Shown here in pieces: positions 44,118 to 54,000 of a stretch of 59,703 bases of DNA. Under the pieces are notes generated by a model. The model was not told the origin of the DNA. It saw only the letters and a program-made list of their open reading frames with translations, and made no database searches. Numbering within the stretch: position 1 is the stretch's first letter; every line of letters starts with the position of its first letter. This stretch comes from a virus (taxonomy: Duplodnaviria > Caudoviricetes). The stretch lies in IMG/VR virus record IMGVR_UViG_3300036770_004625, positions 1 to 59,703 of that record; one strand, written 5' to 3'. The position numbers and the translations under genes are program-made.

Positions 44118-44373
44118 AGGTGGGTTAGGTAAGTGGTTTGGTGAGAAATGGGTCAATATTGGGGCGCCTAAAAAAGGTGGCAAGCGTCCCGAGTGTGGTA
44201 GAAAATCAGCGTCTGAAGGGGGTGGATATCCCAAGTGTCTGCCCGCTAAGAAAGCAGCTAAGCTGACCGAGGCACAGCGCAAGTCCGCAGTGCAACGCAA
44301 GAGAGCTGCTGGAAACACTGGGCCAAAGCCCACTTTTGTATCAACCCTGTCAAAAAGGAGTAAGAAGTCATGA
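44110..44373 (+). CDS. Small basic protein (87 aa, GTG start)
   Basis: GGL.KWF.EKWV, CGR, YPKCLP motifs. Confidence 0.75.
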   Translation: MAKGGLGKWFGEKWVNIGAPKKGGKRPECGRKSASEGGGYPKCLPAKKAAKLTEAQRKSAVQRKRAAGNTGPKPTFVSTLSKRSKKS

Positions 44374-44546
44374 TGAAGAAGAAATCTTCCGCTGCTGGCG
44401 GCAAAATGAAAAAAGGTGGTCCGGTAGGCATGCATAAAATGCCCGATGGCACAATGATGAAGAACTCGGACATGGCCGATAAGATGGGTCGTGCGGTTAA
44501 ACGTAAAACGGCAGATGTCAAGGGCCGTGCAATGAGGGGGAAATAA
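44370..44546 (+). CDS. Small Lys/Met-rich protein (58 aa)
   Basis: AGGAG RBS, ATGA coupling; KMKKGGPV, HKMPDG.MM; below the ORF-track size cutoff. Confidence 0.65.
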   Translation: MMKKKSSAAGGKMKKGGPVGMHKMPDGTMMKNSDMADKMGRAVKRKTADVKGRAMRGK

Positions 44547-44548
44547 TC

Positions 44549-44830
44549 ATGGCTGGACGTGGAATGGGATGCGCCACTCGTGGTGGCGGGGCTGTTGAAA
44601 GTGGCCCAAAAAACAAGATGCTGTCAAAGACCAGCGACAAAACTGGTCCGGTGATGATGGCAAAAGGTGGAGAGGCTATCAATGAGCACAAGCGCATGGC
44701 AATGGGCATGGCTGGCGGCGGCATGATGAAAAAAGGCATGGCTGCGGGTGGAATGATGACCAAGGGCTATGCGGCCGGTGGTGCTGCAATGAAGAAAAAA
44801 GGCTACGCAGGCGGCGGGAAGAAGAGCTAA
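44549..44830 (+). CDS. Small basic protein made of [M/Y]AxGG repeats (93 aa)
   Basis: RGMGCA.RGG then MAKGG, MAGGG, MAAGG, YAAGG, YAGGG. Confidence 0.75.
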   Translation: MAGRGMGCATRGGGAVESGPKNKMLSKTSDKTGPVMMAKGGEAINEHKRMAMGMAGGGMMKKGMAAGGMMTKGYAAGGAAMKKKGYAGGGKKS

Positions 44831-45498
44831 TGTCGTATCTCATCAGCAACATCCCGTACTTTAAGTGCTGGGTGAGGCGTGAGTTTACGCATATGCATCA
44901 GAAGTATCATGGAGAGTACCTTCACGCTATGGCGATTGCGGTCAACTCCATGCCCGACCGTTGTCTGAGCTTTCAGCTGGTATTTACCGGGTGTGAGAGC
45001 GATGCGGATGGTTCAGAAAATGTACATGGGGGTGCAATGTGGGCCAGGATGCCGATTACGGCATTGGTGGGGGATATCCCGCTGGATGACTGGCCTGAGC
45101 GCATGCCTACGCATTTGGTTCAACCTTGGGATTGCCCTTCGCATGAGCACACTGTCATCAAGTTTGCTCGTACCAGTCCTAGCCCTTGGCTATGCAAAAT
45201 AGCTGGGGAGTTTTATACTGGGCGGTACTTGTTCACGGTGGATTATGCCGAGAGCGAAGTAGCCGACTGTCCGGCGCAACACAAACAAAGCCATGTGTTG
45301 ATCTTGACGGATGCGGGAAAGTGGACCGGAAATATTGTGGCTTTGCCGAATAATCGAGTGAGAGTGACGAGCCCTGCTTTTTGGGAGACCGGAAAAGGAG
45401 CTCCTGATTTCAGGCCCAGCCAGTGGATTCATTGTGCAGAACAAGATGATACGTACATGGATCCGACCGTAACCTTTGATAATTTGTACAAAGAATAA
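44830..45498 (+). CDS. Conserved hypothetical protein (222 aa)
   Basis: GAMWARMPI, QPWDC, YLFTVDY, QHKQSHV, PNNRVR. Confidence 0.8.
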   Translation: MSYLISNIPYFKCWVRREFTHMHQKYHGEYLHAMAIAVNSMPDRCLSFQLVFTGCESDADGSENVHGGAMWARMPITALVGDIPLDDWPERMPTHLVQPWDCPSHEHTVIKFARTSPSPWLCKIAGEFYTGRYLFTVDYAESEVADCPAQHKQSHVLILTDAGKWTGNIVALPNNRVRVTSPAFWETGKGAPDFRPSQWIHCAEQDDTYMDPTVTFDNLYKE

Positions 45499-46160
45499 TG
45501 GCAACTTCAGGGACGACTACTTTTGATCTAGCCATCGACGACATCGTTGAGGAGGCCTTTGAGCGTTGCGGAATGCGTATGCAATCCGGCTATCAACTGT
45601 CGTCAGCCCGCCGGTCTTTAAATCTAATGTTCTTGGATTGGGCCAATAGAGGGTTAAATCTTTGGACAATTGAAGAGCAGATTTATCCTTTGGTTGGAAC
45701 GGCAGAAATTACTTTGGATGCAGACACGGTGAACGTGTTGTCTGCGGTTATTCGGGACTACTCTCAGTCTCCTTCAGTTGACATTACAATTGATCGAATT
45801 AGCCGGGAAGAATATCTAAATATCCCAGACAAACAGACTGGTGCTCGCCCCGCTCAGTACTATGTTCAGCGGGCTAATCCGACAAAGGTATTCTTATACC
45901 CTCGCCCGAATGGCCCATACAGTCTTGTGTACTATCGCATTCGTCGTATTGAGGATGCAGGGGCGTATACCAATACAGCCGACGTCAACTTCAGGTTTTT
46001 GCCCTGTTTAGTTTCCGGGTTGGCATACTATTTGTCTCTTAAGTTTGCTCCTGATCGTACAGTCGGGCTTAAGCAAATTTACGAAGAAGACTTTACAAGG
46101 GCAGCGTTGGAAGATCGGGACACAGCGAGTGTTTCCTTTGTTCCAGAACTAGGGGTATGA
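45498..46160 (+). CDS. Head-tail adaptor/tail tubular-A-like protein
   Basis: MATSGT..F, EEAFERCG, ARRSLN....WANRG.NLW, RF.PCL..GLAYY. Confidence 0.75.
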   Translation: MATSGTTTFDLAIDDIVEEAFERCGMRMQSGYQLSSARRSLNLMFLDWANRGLNLWTIEEQIYPLVGTAEITLDADTVNVLSAVIRDYSQSPSVDITIDRISREEYLNIPDKQTGARPAQYYVQRANPTKVFLYPRPNGPYSLVYYRIRRIEDAGAYTNTADVNFRFLPCLVSGLAYYLSLKFAPDRTVGLKQIYEEDFTRAALEDRDTASVSFVPELGV

Positions 46161-46161
46161 A

Positions 46162-46914
46162 ATGGCTTACGCAACGGGTAAATACTCGTATGGCCTGTGC
46201 GACTACTGTGGTCAACGTTACCCTTATAAAACTTTAAGGAAAAACTGGCGTGGATTTAAAGTCTGCCCCAGTGATTACGAGCCCAAAGAACCTCAATTAG
46301 AGCCCCTTAAGTACAGGGGAGACGCTATTGCACTGCTCGAGCCTCGACCAGATCGGGTCGAGCCGGTGGATGTTTATGTTGGGCAGCCTGGGTATACGTA
46401 TTTCCAAAGCGTTGGAAGCGCCAACAATGTCATCAACATGCGGCCTTTCCCGCCTCAAGATCTTCCCATGGGCCATGGTGCGGTGGGCACTGTTCTTGTG
46501 CGAGGCGATGCTCGAGCTGTGTTGGTTTCTGGGGTTAGTGCGAGCGGCCAAATTGGGACGGTCACGTTACCGAACACTGCGGTCAATCTCACAGACGGAG
46601 TAGAAGGCACGGGAGAGATTGGTTCCGTTTCTGCTGAAGGCAACTCCGTCATCATTCCTTTTGCGGGAAGCGCCTCAAGTAATGGCCAGATTGGCAATGT
46701 TTCCATAGCCGGAGCTGCTCCTGTTGGGCCTAGTGGGCTGTCCGCCACTGGCACTGTAAACCCTGTTTCGGTAAGTTTGATCTTAAATGTACCCTTATCA
46801 AGTGTGAGCGGCTCTGGTAGTATAGGCACAGTGGTTGTGCCTGATGCCTCGTTCTCTGTGACTGGTGTTGCAGGCACTGGTGATGTGGGCGATCCTTCGG
46901 TGACTACAACATGA
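46162..46914 (+). CDS. Virion protein: N-terminal Cys motif plus VxGVxxxGxIG repeats
   Basis: CDYCG....VC...YEPKEPQL; C-terminal Gly/Val/Thr repeats. Confidence 0.7.
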   Translation: MAYATGKYSYGLCDYCGQRYPYKTLRKNWRGFKVCPSDYEPKEPQLEPLKYRGDAIALLEPRPDRVEPVDVYVGQPGYTYFQSVGSANNVINMRPFPPQDLPMGHGAVGTVLVRGDARAVLVSGVSASGQIGTVTLPNTAVNLTDGVEGTGEIGSVSAEGNSVIIPFAGSASSNGQIGNVSIAGAAPVGPSGLSATGTVNPVSVSLILNVPLSSVSGSGSIGTVVVPDASFSVTGVAGTGDVGDPSVTTT

Positions 46915-47570
46915 ACTACAACGAACTTGTAACCAACATCCGTAATTACACCGAGGTAGACGCCAATGTCTTTTCCAACTCGGTGATCAACACCTTCATC
47001 ACGATGGCCGAAAATCGTATTCTTCGGGACATCGATTTGGATGTTTTTAAGCTTGAGGTGGCAGGGAGTTTGACAGCCAATAATAAGTTTTTGACTGCCC
47101 CAAGTGATATTCTGACCCATCGCTACATGATGCTAACCTCGGCAGGTGGAGATCAGATCTTTTTGGACTTTCGAGATACTTCTTTTATGAAGGAGTATTG
47201 GTCCGATGGCACGGATACTGGGATTCCTAAGTACTATTCTGTTTGGGATCAAAACACCTTTTATGTGGCGCCGACTCCGGCGGCCTCTTATGCTGTAGAG
47301 CTTGGGTATATCTATAGACCGGCCCAGCTTTCTTCAACCAACACGACCACCTGGGTAAGTATTAATGCCCCGGAGGCGCTGCTGTATGCTTGTTTAATAC
47401 AGGCGTACAGTTACACGAAAGGGCCACCAGATATGTTGGCCTATTTCAACAATGCCTACAAAGAGGCAATCCAAGGTCTTGGAATCGAGCAACAAGGCCG
47501 TCGTCGTCGTGACGAATACCGTGATGGTATGGCTCGCATATACGTGAAATCAGAAAGTCCAGGTCCATGA
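46911..47570 (+). CDS. Second adaptor/tubular-A-like protein
   Basis: MNY.EL...I..Y, FI.MAE.RI.R, G.PKYY, APTP, LLYACL. Confidence 0.75.
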   Translation: MNYNELVTNIRNYTEVDANVFSNSVINTFITMAENRILRDIDLDVFKLEVAGSLTANNKFLTAPSDILTHRYMMLTSAGGDQIFLDFRDTSFMKEYWSDGTDTGIPKYYSVWDQNTFYVAPTPAASYAVELGYIYRPAQLSSTNTTTWVSINAPEALLYACLIQAYSYTKGPPDMLAYFNNAYKEAIQGLGIEQQGRRRRDEYRDGMARIYVKSESPGP

Positions 47571-48271
47571 ATGGTGTTCCAAATTTAGAAGGCAAGAAAG
47601 TAGCAATAGTCGCAATGGGAAAGAGTCACGGTCAGTACATACTGGCCAGGACTCATTCGTTTGATTTTGATGAGGTATGGGCGATTAACTGCATGGCAGG
47701 GGTCATTTACCACGACCGGGTTTTTATGATGGACCCGGCCAGTCGGTTCTTGGACTCTGAGGATGCAGGCAGCCAGACGGGGATCATGTCCAAGGTGCTC
47801 AAGGAGCACAAAGGGCCGATTTACACGTGTGAGCTGGATTCTCGCTGTCCTGGGCTGGTGGAGTATCCCTTGGAAGAGGTGATGAACTCCTGCCGAACGG
47901 GGTACTTCAACAACACCGTGGCCTATGCGATTGGTTTTGCGATTGCAGCAAAAGTGGCGGAAATTCACCTCTACGGCATCGATTTTTCGTACAAGGGTTA
48001 TGTTCATTTTGCAGAGGCTGGGCGGGCAAACTGTGAGTTTTTGCTGTCCACGGCAATCTCGCGGGGTATCAAAATTGGAATCGCTCAGGAATCGTCCTTG
48101 TTGGACACCAATGAGCCGGTCCAGAGCAAGCTTTATGGTTACCACCGGCTGGCCGAGCCCCTTGTGGTTGGGCTGGAAAATGACCAGTTTGTGGCCAAAA
48201 AGTACTCTGAGGTTAAGGATTCTATCGAGCAAGCCCCTAACCTTCTCCCACCCGAAGCCCTGAGGACATAA
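47567..48271 (+). CDS. Putative glycosyltransferase-like Rossmann-fold enzyme (GT29/Maf/DUF115-like)
   Basis: VAIVAMGKS, EVWAIN, F.MD, NTVAYAI..A....EIHLYGIDF. Confidence 0.55.
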   Translation: MNGVPNLEGKKVAIVAMGKSHGQYILARTHSFDFDEVWAINCMAGVIYHDRVFMMDPASRFLDSEDAGSQTGIMSKVLKEHKGPIYTCELDSRCPGLVEYPLEEVMNSCRTGYFNNTVAYAIGFAIAAKVAEIHLYGIDFSYKGYVHFAEAGRANCEFLLSTAISRGIKIGIAQESSLLDTNEPVQSKLYGYHRLAEPLVVGLENDQFVAKKYSEVKDSIEQAPNLLPPEALRT

Positions 48272-48273
48272 CT

Positions 48274-48561
48274 ATGCTTGATTTAAAATTTGGACAAATG
48301 CCCAATCCAATCGTCAAAACGAGTGACTTTGGGGGCCTTTCGTGCGAAGATCTATCGGAACTTTGTACTGATAAAATTATTGGTGTGGCCGAGAACGCTC
48401 CCCCGGCCATACGTGAGCAGGCGAAGTTTTTCCGGGAGCGCGTTCAAAGAACCGTCTTTGAATATCTGAAACAGGCAAAGCGGTCTGAAAGGGCCACTTG
48501 CATCCAAATTTGCGCTCAAGGCGGGGAGCAAGACGCCGCCAACCTCTTAAGGAGAGTCTAA
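48274..48561 (+). CDS. Conserved hypothetical protein (95 aa)
   Basis: G.S.E.L...C.DKII.V...APP.IREQA..F. Confidence 0.75.
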   Translation: MLDLKFGQMPNPIVKTSDFGGLSCEDLSELCTDKIIGVAENAPPAIREQAKFFRERVQRTVFEYLKQAKRSERATCIQICAQGGEQDAANLLRRV

Positions 48562-48996
48562 ATGGCTTTTACCACAACTGTAATGCCCACGTCCTTTAAG
48601 CAACAAATCCTTCAGGGCGTCCACAACTTTGCAACCGGCGGTAATACTTTTAAGCTGGCCCTGTATGACAACAGTGCCTCGTTCACCGCTGCAACGACTG
48701 CCTACACCACGACCAACGAGGTGAGTGCTTCGGGTTCTTACACAGCTGGCGGCGGTACGCTGACCAAGCAGGGTGTGAGCACCAGCGGCACGACTGCCTT
48801 GACTGATTTCAGTGACCTGTCGTTTACGACTGCCACAATCACTGCTTATGGCGCGTTGATTTACAACGACACCGCCACTGGTGATCCTGCTGTTGCCGTG
48901 TTGAACTTCGGTGGTGCAAAGACCTCTACTGCTGGTACTTTTACCATCGTCTTCCCCGCTGCTACGGCTACTGGGGCGATTATCCGTATCGCTTAA
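48562..48996 (+). CDS. Tail/fibre-associated structural protein (144 aa)
   Basis: SFK..IL...HNF, FKLALY, Y..GG.TL, GALIYN, VL.FG..K, F.I.FP. Confidence 0.8.
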   Translation: MAFTTTVMPTSFKQQILQGVHNFATGGNTFKLALYDNSASFTAATTAYTTTNEVSASGSYTAGGGTLTKQGVSTSGTTALTDFSDLSFTTATITAYGALIYNDTATGDPAVAVLNFGGAKTSTAGTFTIVFPAATATGAIIRIA

Positions 48997-49007
48997 GGAA
49001 TGATTAA

Positions 49008-50162
49008 GTGGCGACCTACTCCGGTTGGGGAAGTGGCCCATGGGGCGAGGTCCCTTGGGGTCAGGACGTCACCATTGTTCCGCTGGGTGGATGGGGCTAT
49101 GACGCCTGGGGGTCGAATGGTTGGGGCCAAGGAAGCGCTGGTGTTCAAGGCACCGGCGCTATTGGCACCGTCACGGTTCAAACCCAGCAAAATGCCCTTG
49201 TCAATGTTGATGGAGTACAGGGAACCGGCCAGGTTGGAGCAGTTCAGGTCTTCGCCGGTGCAGACGTACTTGTTACCGGAGTATCGGGAACAGGCTTTAT
49301 TGGGCAGGCCCAAGTCACAGGCACAGCTGTTGTATCGGTTGACGGGGTGGCAGGCACCGGCGCCATTGGCACCGTTGCCGTATCGGCTTCGGTGGATGTC
49401 CTTGTCATTGGAGTCTCGGCGACAGGATTCATTGGTCAAGCTGCCGCCATTGCCAGCATTGCTGTGCCCGTCACCGGGGTCCAGGGTGCTGGATTCGTCG
49501 GAGACGTCGCAGTCACAGGAAGTGCAGTCGTCCCCGTCGTCGGAGTCGCAGGTAGCGGTGCTATTGGGGCCGTTGCCGTCTCTGGTGGGGCAAGTGTCCT
49601 CGTTACCGGAGTCTCAGCCACAGGATTCATCGGACAAACCGCCCAAACCGGATCAGCCGTTGTCCCAGTCACCGGGGTGGAAGGTAGTGGTGCCGTCGGT
49701 GATGTGGCAGTCCAGGCCGCAGCTATTGTTGCGGTCACGGGTGTCCAGGGAACTGGGGCAATTGGCCAAACGGTTCAGACTGGAACAGCCGTTGTCCCTG
49801 TTACCGGGGTTCAGGGTAATGGGCAGGTTGGCGATGTCGTCGTCATACAAAGTGCGGTTGTTAATGTCACGGGAGTGCAGGGCACTGGCTTTATTGGTCA
49901 GGCGGTTGCCAGCATCCCTGTCACGGTCAATGTCACTGGAGTCGGGGCTACTGGAGCAGTCAGCCCGGTCACGGTGCAGGGTGGCTCGATCATCCCAGTC
50001 ACTGGGGTCAGCGCCACTGGAGCGGTTGGCTCGGTCACAATTTGGACAACTATTAATGACAATCAGGTGCCTAACTGGCAAAATGTTAATGATTCACAGG
50101 CCGGTGGCTGGGTGGTTGTCAACGATTCACAGACCGGAACTTGGGTTCCGATAGCGGCATAA
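49008..50162 (+). CDS. Repetitive fibre protein, about 22-aa V(T/S)GV.GTG.(I/V)G repeats (GTG start)
   Basis: AAGGA RBS; Trp/Gly N-terminus and regular Val/Thr/Gly repeats. Confidence 0.8.
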   Translation: MATYSGWGSGPWGEVPWGQDVTIVPLGGWGYDAWGSNGWGQGSAGVQGTGAIGTVTVQTQQNALVNVDGVQGTGQVGAVQVFAGADVLVTGVSGTGFIGQAQVTGTAVVSVDGVAGTGAIGTVAVSASVDVLVIGVSATGFIGQAAAIASIAVPVTGVQGAGFVGDVAVTGSAVVPVVGVAGSGAIGAVAVSGGASVLVTGVSATGFIGQTAQTGSAVVPVTGVEGSGAVGDVAVQAAAIVAVTGVQGTGAIGQTVQTGTAVVPVTGVQGNGQVGDVVVIQSAVVNVTGVQGTGFIGQAVASIPVTVNVTGVGATGAVSPVTVQGGSIIPVTGVSATGAVGSVTIWTTINDNQVPNWQNVNDSQAGGWVVVNDSQTGTWVPIAA

Positions 50163-50172
50163 AGGAAAAGTC

Positions 50173-51081
50173 ATGGCAAGCACTTACTCTGATCTTAAAA
50201 TTGAGCTCATAGCGACCGGTGAGCAATCCGGTACTTGGGGCACCACCACCAACAACAATCTAGGCGTTGCCATCGAGCAGGCCATCGTTGGAAAAGCAGA
50301 CGTCACGGTCTCAAGCACCTCGGTTACGCTGACCCTGACAGACTCAAACGCTCTGCAAGATGCACGAGCCCTCTACCTAAACCTTAGTGGAACCCCCGGT
50401 GGTGCAGCGACACTCAACGTGCCTGCCATCGAGAAGAACTACATCGTTAAAAACGGCACCAACCAAGTCGTTACGATCAAGGTTGCAGCCCAGACTGGCG
50501 TTGTGGTCCCGGTTGGCAAGACGGTTCTGGTCTACAACAACGGTACGGACGTCGTAACAGCGGTTGACCACATTCCCTCTCTGACGCTTGGTGCAGCCCT
50601 TCCTGTGGCTTCTGGTGGTACGGGGGCTACGACTTCAACGGGTAGCGGAGCGGTGGTTCTTGCTGTTTCTCCCAGTCTTACGACTCCTGCCCTTGGCACC
50701 CCGACAGCGGGTGTGTTGAGTTCTTGTACGGTTGACGGCACGGATGCGGTTGGCTTTAGAAACACCCCGGTCAACTCCCAATCGACGGCTTACACGGCTG
50801 TTCTGGCGGATGCTGGCAAGACAATTTACCACCCTGCTTCGGACGCAAACGACCGGACGTTCACGATCCCGGCTAACTCAAGTGTGGCTTACGCAGTGGG
50901 CACAGTTCTGACCTTTGTAAACCTTTCAGCAAACGATCTGACGATTGCAATCACAGACGACACCATGTACTTGGCGGGTGATGGGGCTACAGGCTCTCGA
51001 ACACTTGCAGAATATGGCATCGCCTCTGCGGTTAAACTTGCAAGCACGACGTGGCTGATCTCGGGAAATAACTTGACATGA
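50173..51081 (+). CDS. Tail fibre protein (302 aa)
   Basis: MASTYS.LKIEL..TGE.SGTWG.TTN.N anchor, LPVASGGTG, P.NSQ..AYT..L.DAGK, WLISG..L. Confidence 0.8.
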   Translation: MASTYSDLKIELIATGEQSGTWGTTTNNNLGVAIEQAIVGKADVTVSSTSVTLTLTDSNALQDARALYLNLSGTPGGAATLNVPAIEKNYIVKNGTNQVVTIKVAAQTGVVVPVGKTVLVYNNGTDVVTAVDHIPSLTLGAALPVASGGTGATTSTGSGAVVLAVSPSLTTPALGTPTAGVLSSCTVDGTDAVGFRNTPVNSQSTAYTAVLADAGKTIYHPASDANDRTFTIPANSSVAYAVGTVLTFVNLSANDLTIAITDDTMYLAGDGATGSRTLAEYGIASAVKLASTTWLISGNNLT

Positions 51082-54000
51082 CCGGAATCCTTCAGATTCT
51101 TTTTGCGGCTTACGCTGGCAAAGAAACTATTCGTGCTGACTTCCTTGTTATCGCTGGTGGCGGGGGTGGTGGTATAGATGCTGGCGGTGGCGGCGGTGCT
51201 GGAGGATATAGAGAATTTACTGCTCAAACTTTAGATGTTGGGACGGCCTACACCGTCACAGTTGGCGCTGGCGGTGGTGGGTCTACTAACGGGGCCGCAA
51301 AAGGTGTGAATGGTAGCAACTCTGTTTTTTCAACAATTACTTCTACTGGTGGCGGCGGTGGCGGTTCTGTTTCTAGTAGAGCAGGTGCCGTTGGTGGTTC
51401 AGGTGGTGGTGGTTCTGTTGATACCGCTGGAGGGGCTGGCACAGGCTCAGAAGGATCTGCCGGTGGAATAGGTGGCACCGATGGGGTAACTAATTCAGTC
51501 GGTGGTGGTGGTGGTGGGGCAAGCGCCGTTGGTGCGGCTGGTGTATTTAATGTTGAAGGTGGTGATGGCGGTGCTGGTACTACTTCAAATATTACTGGAA
51601 CTTCTGTACCAAGGGCTGGCGGTGGTGGTGGCAGTTCTCAAGATGGTGCTATAGCGGGTGCAGGCGAAGGTGGTGCGGGCGGTGGCGGTGATGGTAGTGT
51701 TAGTACAGCGAATGGAAGTCCTGGTTCCGCAAACACAGGTGGTGGTGGCGGTGGCGGCGGTGCTAATGTTAGTACAGGTGGCAACGGCGGCTCTGGTGTT
51801 GTCATCATCAAAATCCCATCTTCGCATTTCGCTTCGTTCTCATCGGGCGTAACTTCTACGCTTTCCACATCTGTCCCCGGATACAACGTATACACAGTCA
51901 CTGCGACTTCAACTACATCTGAGACCGTTACTTTCCTTGCTGGCGCACCGATTACTGAGGTGCTTGTGGTGGCTGGTGGTGGTGGCGGTGGTACAAATCT
52001 TGGAGGCGGTGGCGGTGCTGGTGGCTATCGGTCAAGCACAGCACAAACTGTTGAATTTGGAACCGCTTACACAGTTACGGTTGGTGCCGGTGGCGCAGCG
52101 GGAACTGGAACAACTGGTACTGCTGTTCAAGGAACAAATGGTGGCAACTCTGTTTTTTCTACCATTACTTCTAACGGAGGTGGTGGAGGTGGTGGTGGCA
52201 GTTCGACCGGTCAAGTAGGTAAAGATGGTGGGTCAGGGGGTGGGGCTGGATATTCTGCTCCAAACGCAACCGCTAATGGCGGGTCTGGAAACACACCAAA
52301 CACAAGTCCATCTCAAGGAAATAATGGCGGTATAGGAAGATGGACTGTCGGAGGTGTTGCCGCTGGTGGAGGTGGTGGTGGCGCTGGTGCAGTAGGGGCT
52401 GACTCAACTGCTGGCTCAACTGGAAATGGTGGCGCAGGTGGCGCAGGAACGGCATCATCAATTACAGGGTCATCTGTCACTAGAGCGGGTGGCGGGGGTG
52501 GCGCTGGGCTTCAATCAAATGGTTCTGGCGGTTCTGGTGGCGGTGGGAATGGTGGTGGTGTAAACGCTGGAACAGTAAATACTGGTGGTGGTGGAGGTGG
52601 TGGAGCCGCCTCACCAAGTGAAAATGGCGGCGCAGGCGGTTCAGGCATCGTCATCATCAAAGTGCCTGACAACGTAACTGCGACATTCTCTGGTGGCGTA
52701 ACTTCCAGCCTCTCGACTTCTGTCAGCGGGTTCAATATTTACTCGGTGACTGCAACATCCACGACCAGTGAGACTGTGACATTTGCCCGTGTGGTGCCGA
52801 TTACCGACTTGCTTGTTGTAGCAGGCGGAGGCGGAGGTGGTGGATACTCTGGTGGCGGTGGCGGTGCAGGAGGCTATCGAACATCTACAACCACTACTTT
52901 AAATATAGGAACTGCGTATACCGTAACCGTCGGAGGCGGCGGTGTAGGCGGTAAATTTGCAACAACAACGGTAGCCACGAACGGAAACAACTCTGTATTT
53001 AGTGCGATTACTTCTGCTGGCGGTGGCGCTGGTGGAACAATTAGCCTTGCAAATGACGGTTCAAACGGTGGTTCTGGTGGTGGCGCAAGAGGTTCTACCG
53101 TTACTGGATATTCAGGCGGTACAGGTAATACGCCTTCTACAAGCCCTTCACAAGGTAATAACGGCGCTGGAAATAATACTTCATCCCCATATAACGGTGG
53201 AGGTGGAGGTGGCTCAGGTGGTGCGGCATCTTCTGGAAACCCATCAAACGGTGGCGCTGGAACTGCAAACTCAATTACTGGCTCATCAGTAACTTACGCT
53301 GGCGGTGGTGGTTCAGGTGTTCGTGCTGGCGGTACTGCTGGCACGGGTGCTGGCGGTGGTGGAAATGGCGGTGTTGGTGCAGATGTGCAAAATGGTGGCA
53401 ATGGAACTGCCAACACTGGCGGCGGTGGTGGTGGCGGTGATGACGGAAATAACACAAGTGGCGGCACCGGCGGCTCAGGCATCGTTATTTTCAAAGTCCC
53501 CGCTATCTTCACAGCGACATTCTCTGGCGGGGTAACGTACACACAGACCAACGATGCGGCTGGTAACTCGGTTTATCAAGTCACTGCAACATCCACAACT
53601 TCTGAAACGGTCACGTTCTCCGAGACCCCGACAACTTTCGCCCTTGACTACTTGGTGATTGCGGGTGGTGGTGGAGGTGGTTCTAACTTTGGCAATCAAT
53701 CTGGCGGTGGAGGCGCTGGTGGGTACCGTGAATTAACATCCCAGTCGCTTTTGGTCGGATCTTCACACACGATTACTGTTGGCGGTGGCGGTGCGGCTGG
53801 ATCATCTTCAATAGGTGCTCAAGGTAGTTCTTCAGTATTTAGCATTGTCACTTCCACTGGCGGTGGTTATGGTGGAATCAGAGCAGTTTCTGGTGGTTCT
53901 GGTGGCTCAGGTGGCGGTGGTGGGGATAATGGAGGTGCTGGCGCATCTGGCGCATCAGGACAAGGAAACAATGGTGGTACTGGAGCATCTCCAGCAGGTA

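Noticed and set aside
49000-50154. 384-aa alternative-frame ORF overlapping the repeat fibre gene
   Set aside because: Val/Gly/Thr/Ala codon repeats suppress stops in this frame; the 49008 frame has the RBS spacing and a coherent repeat pattern
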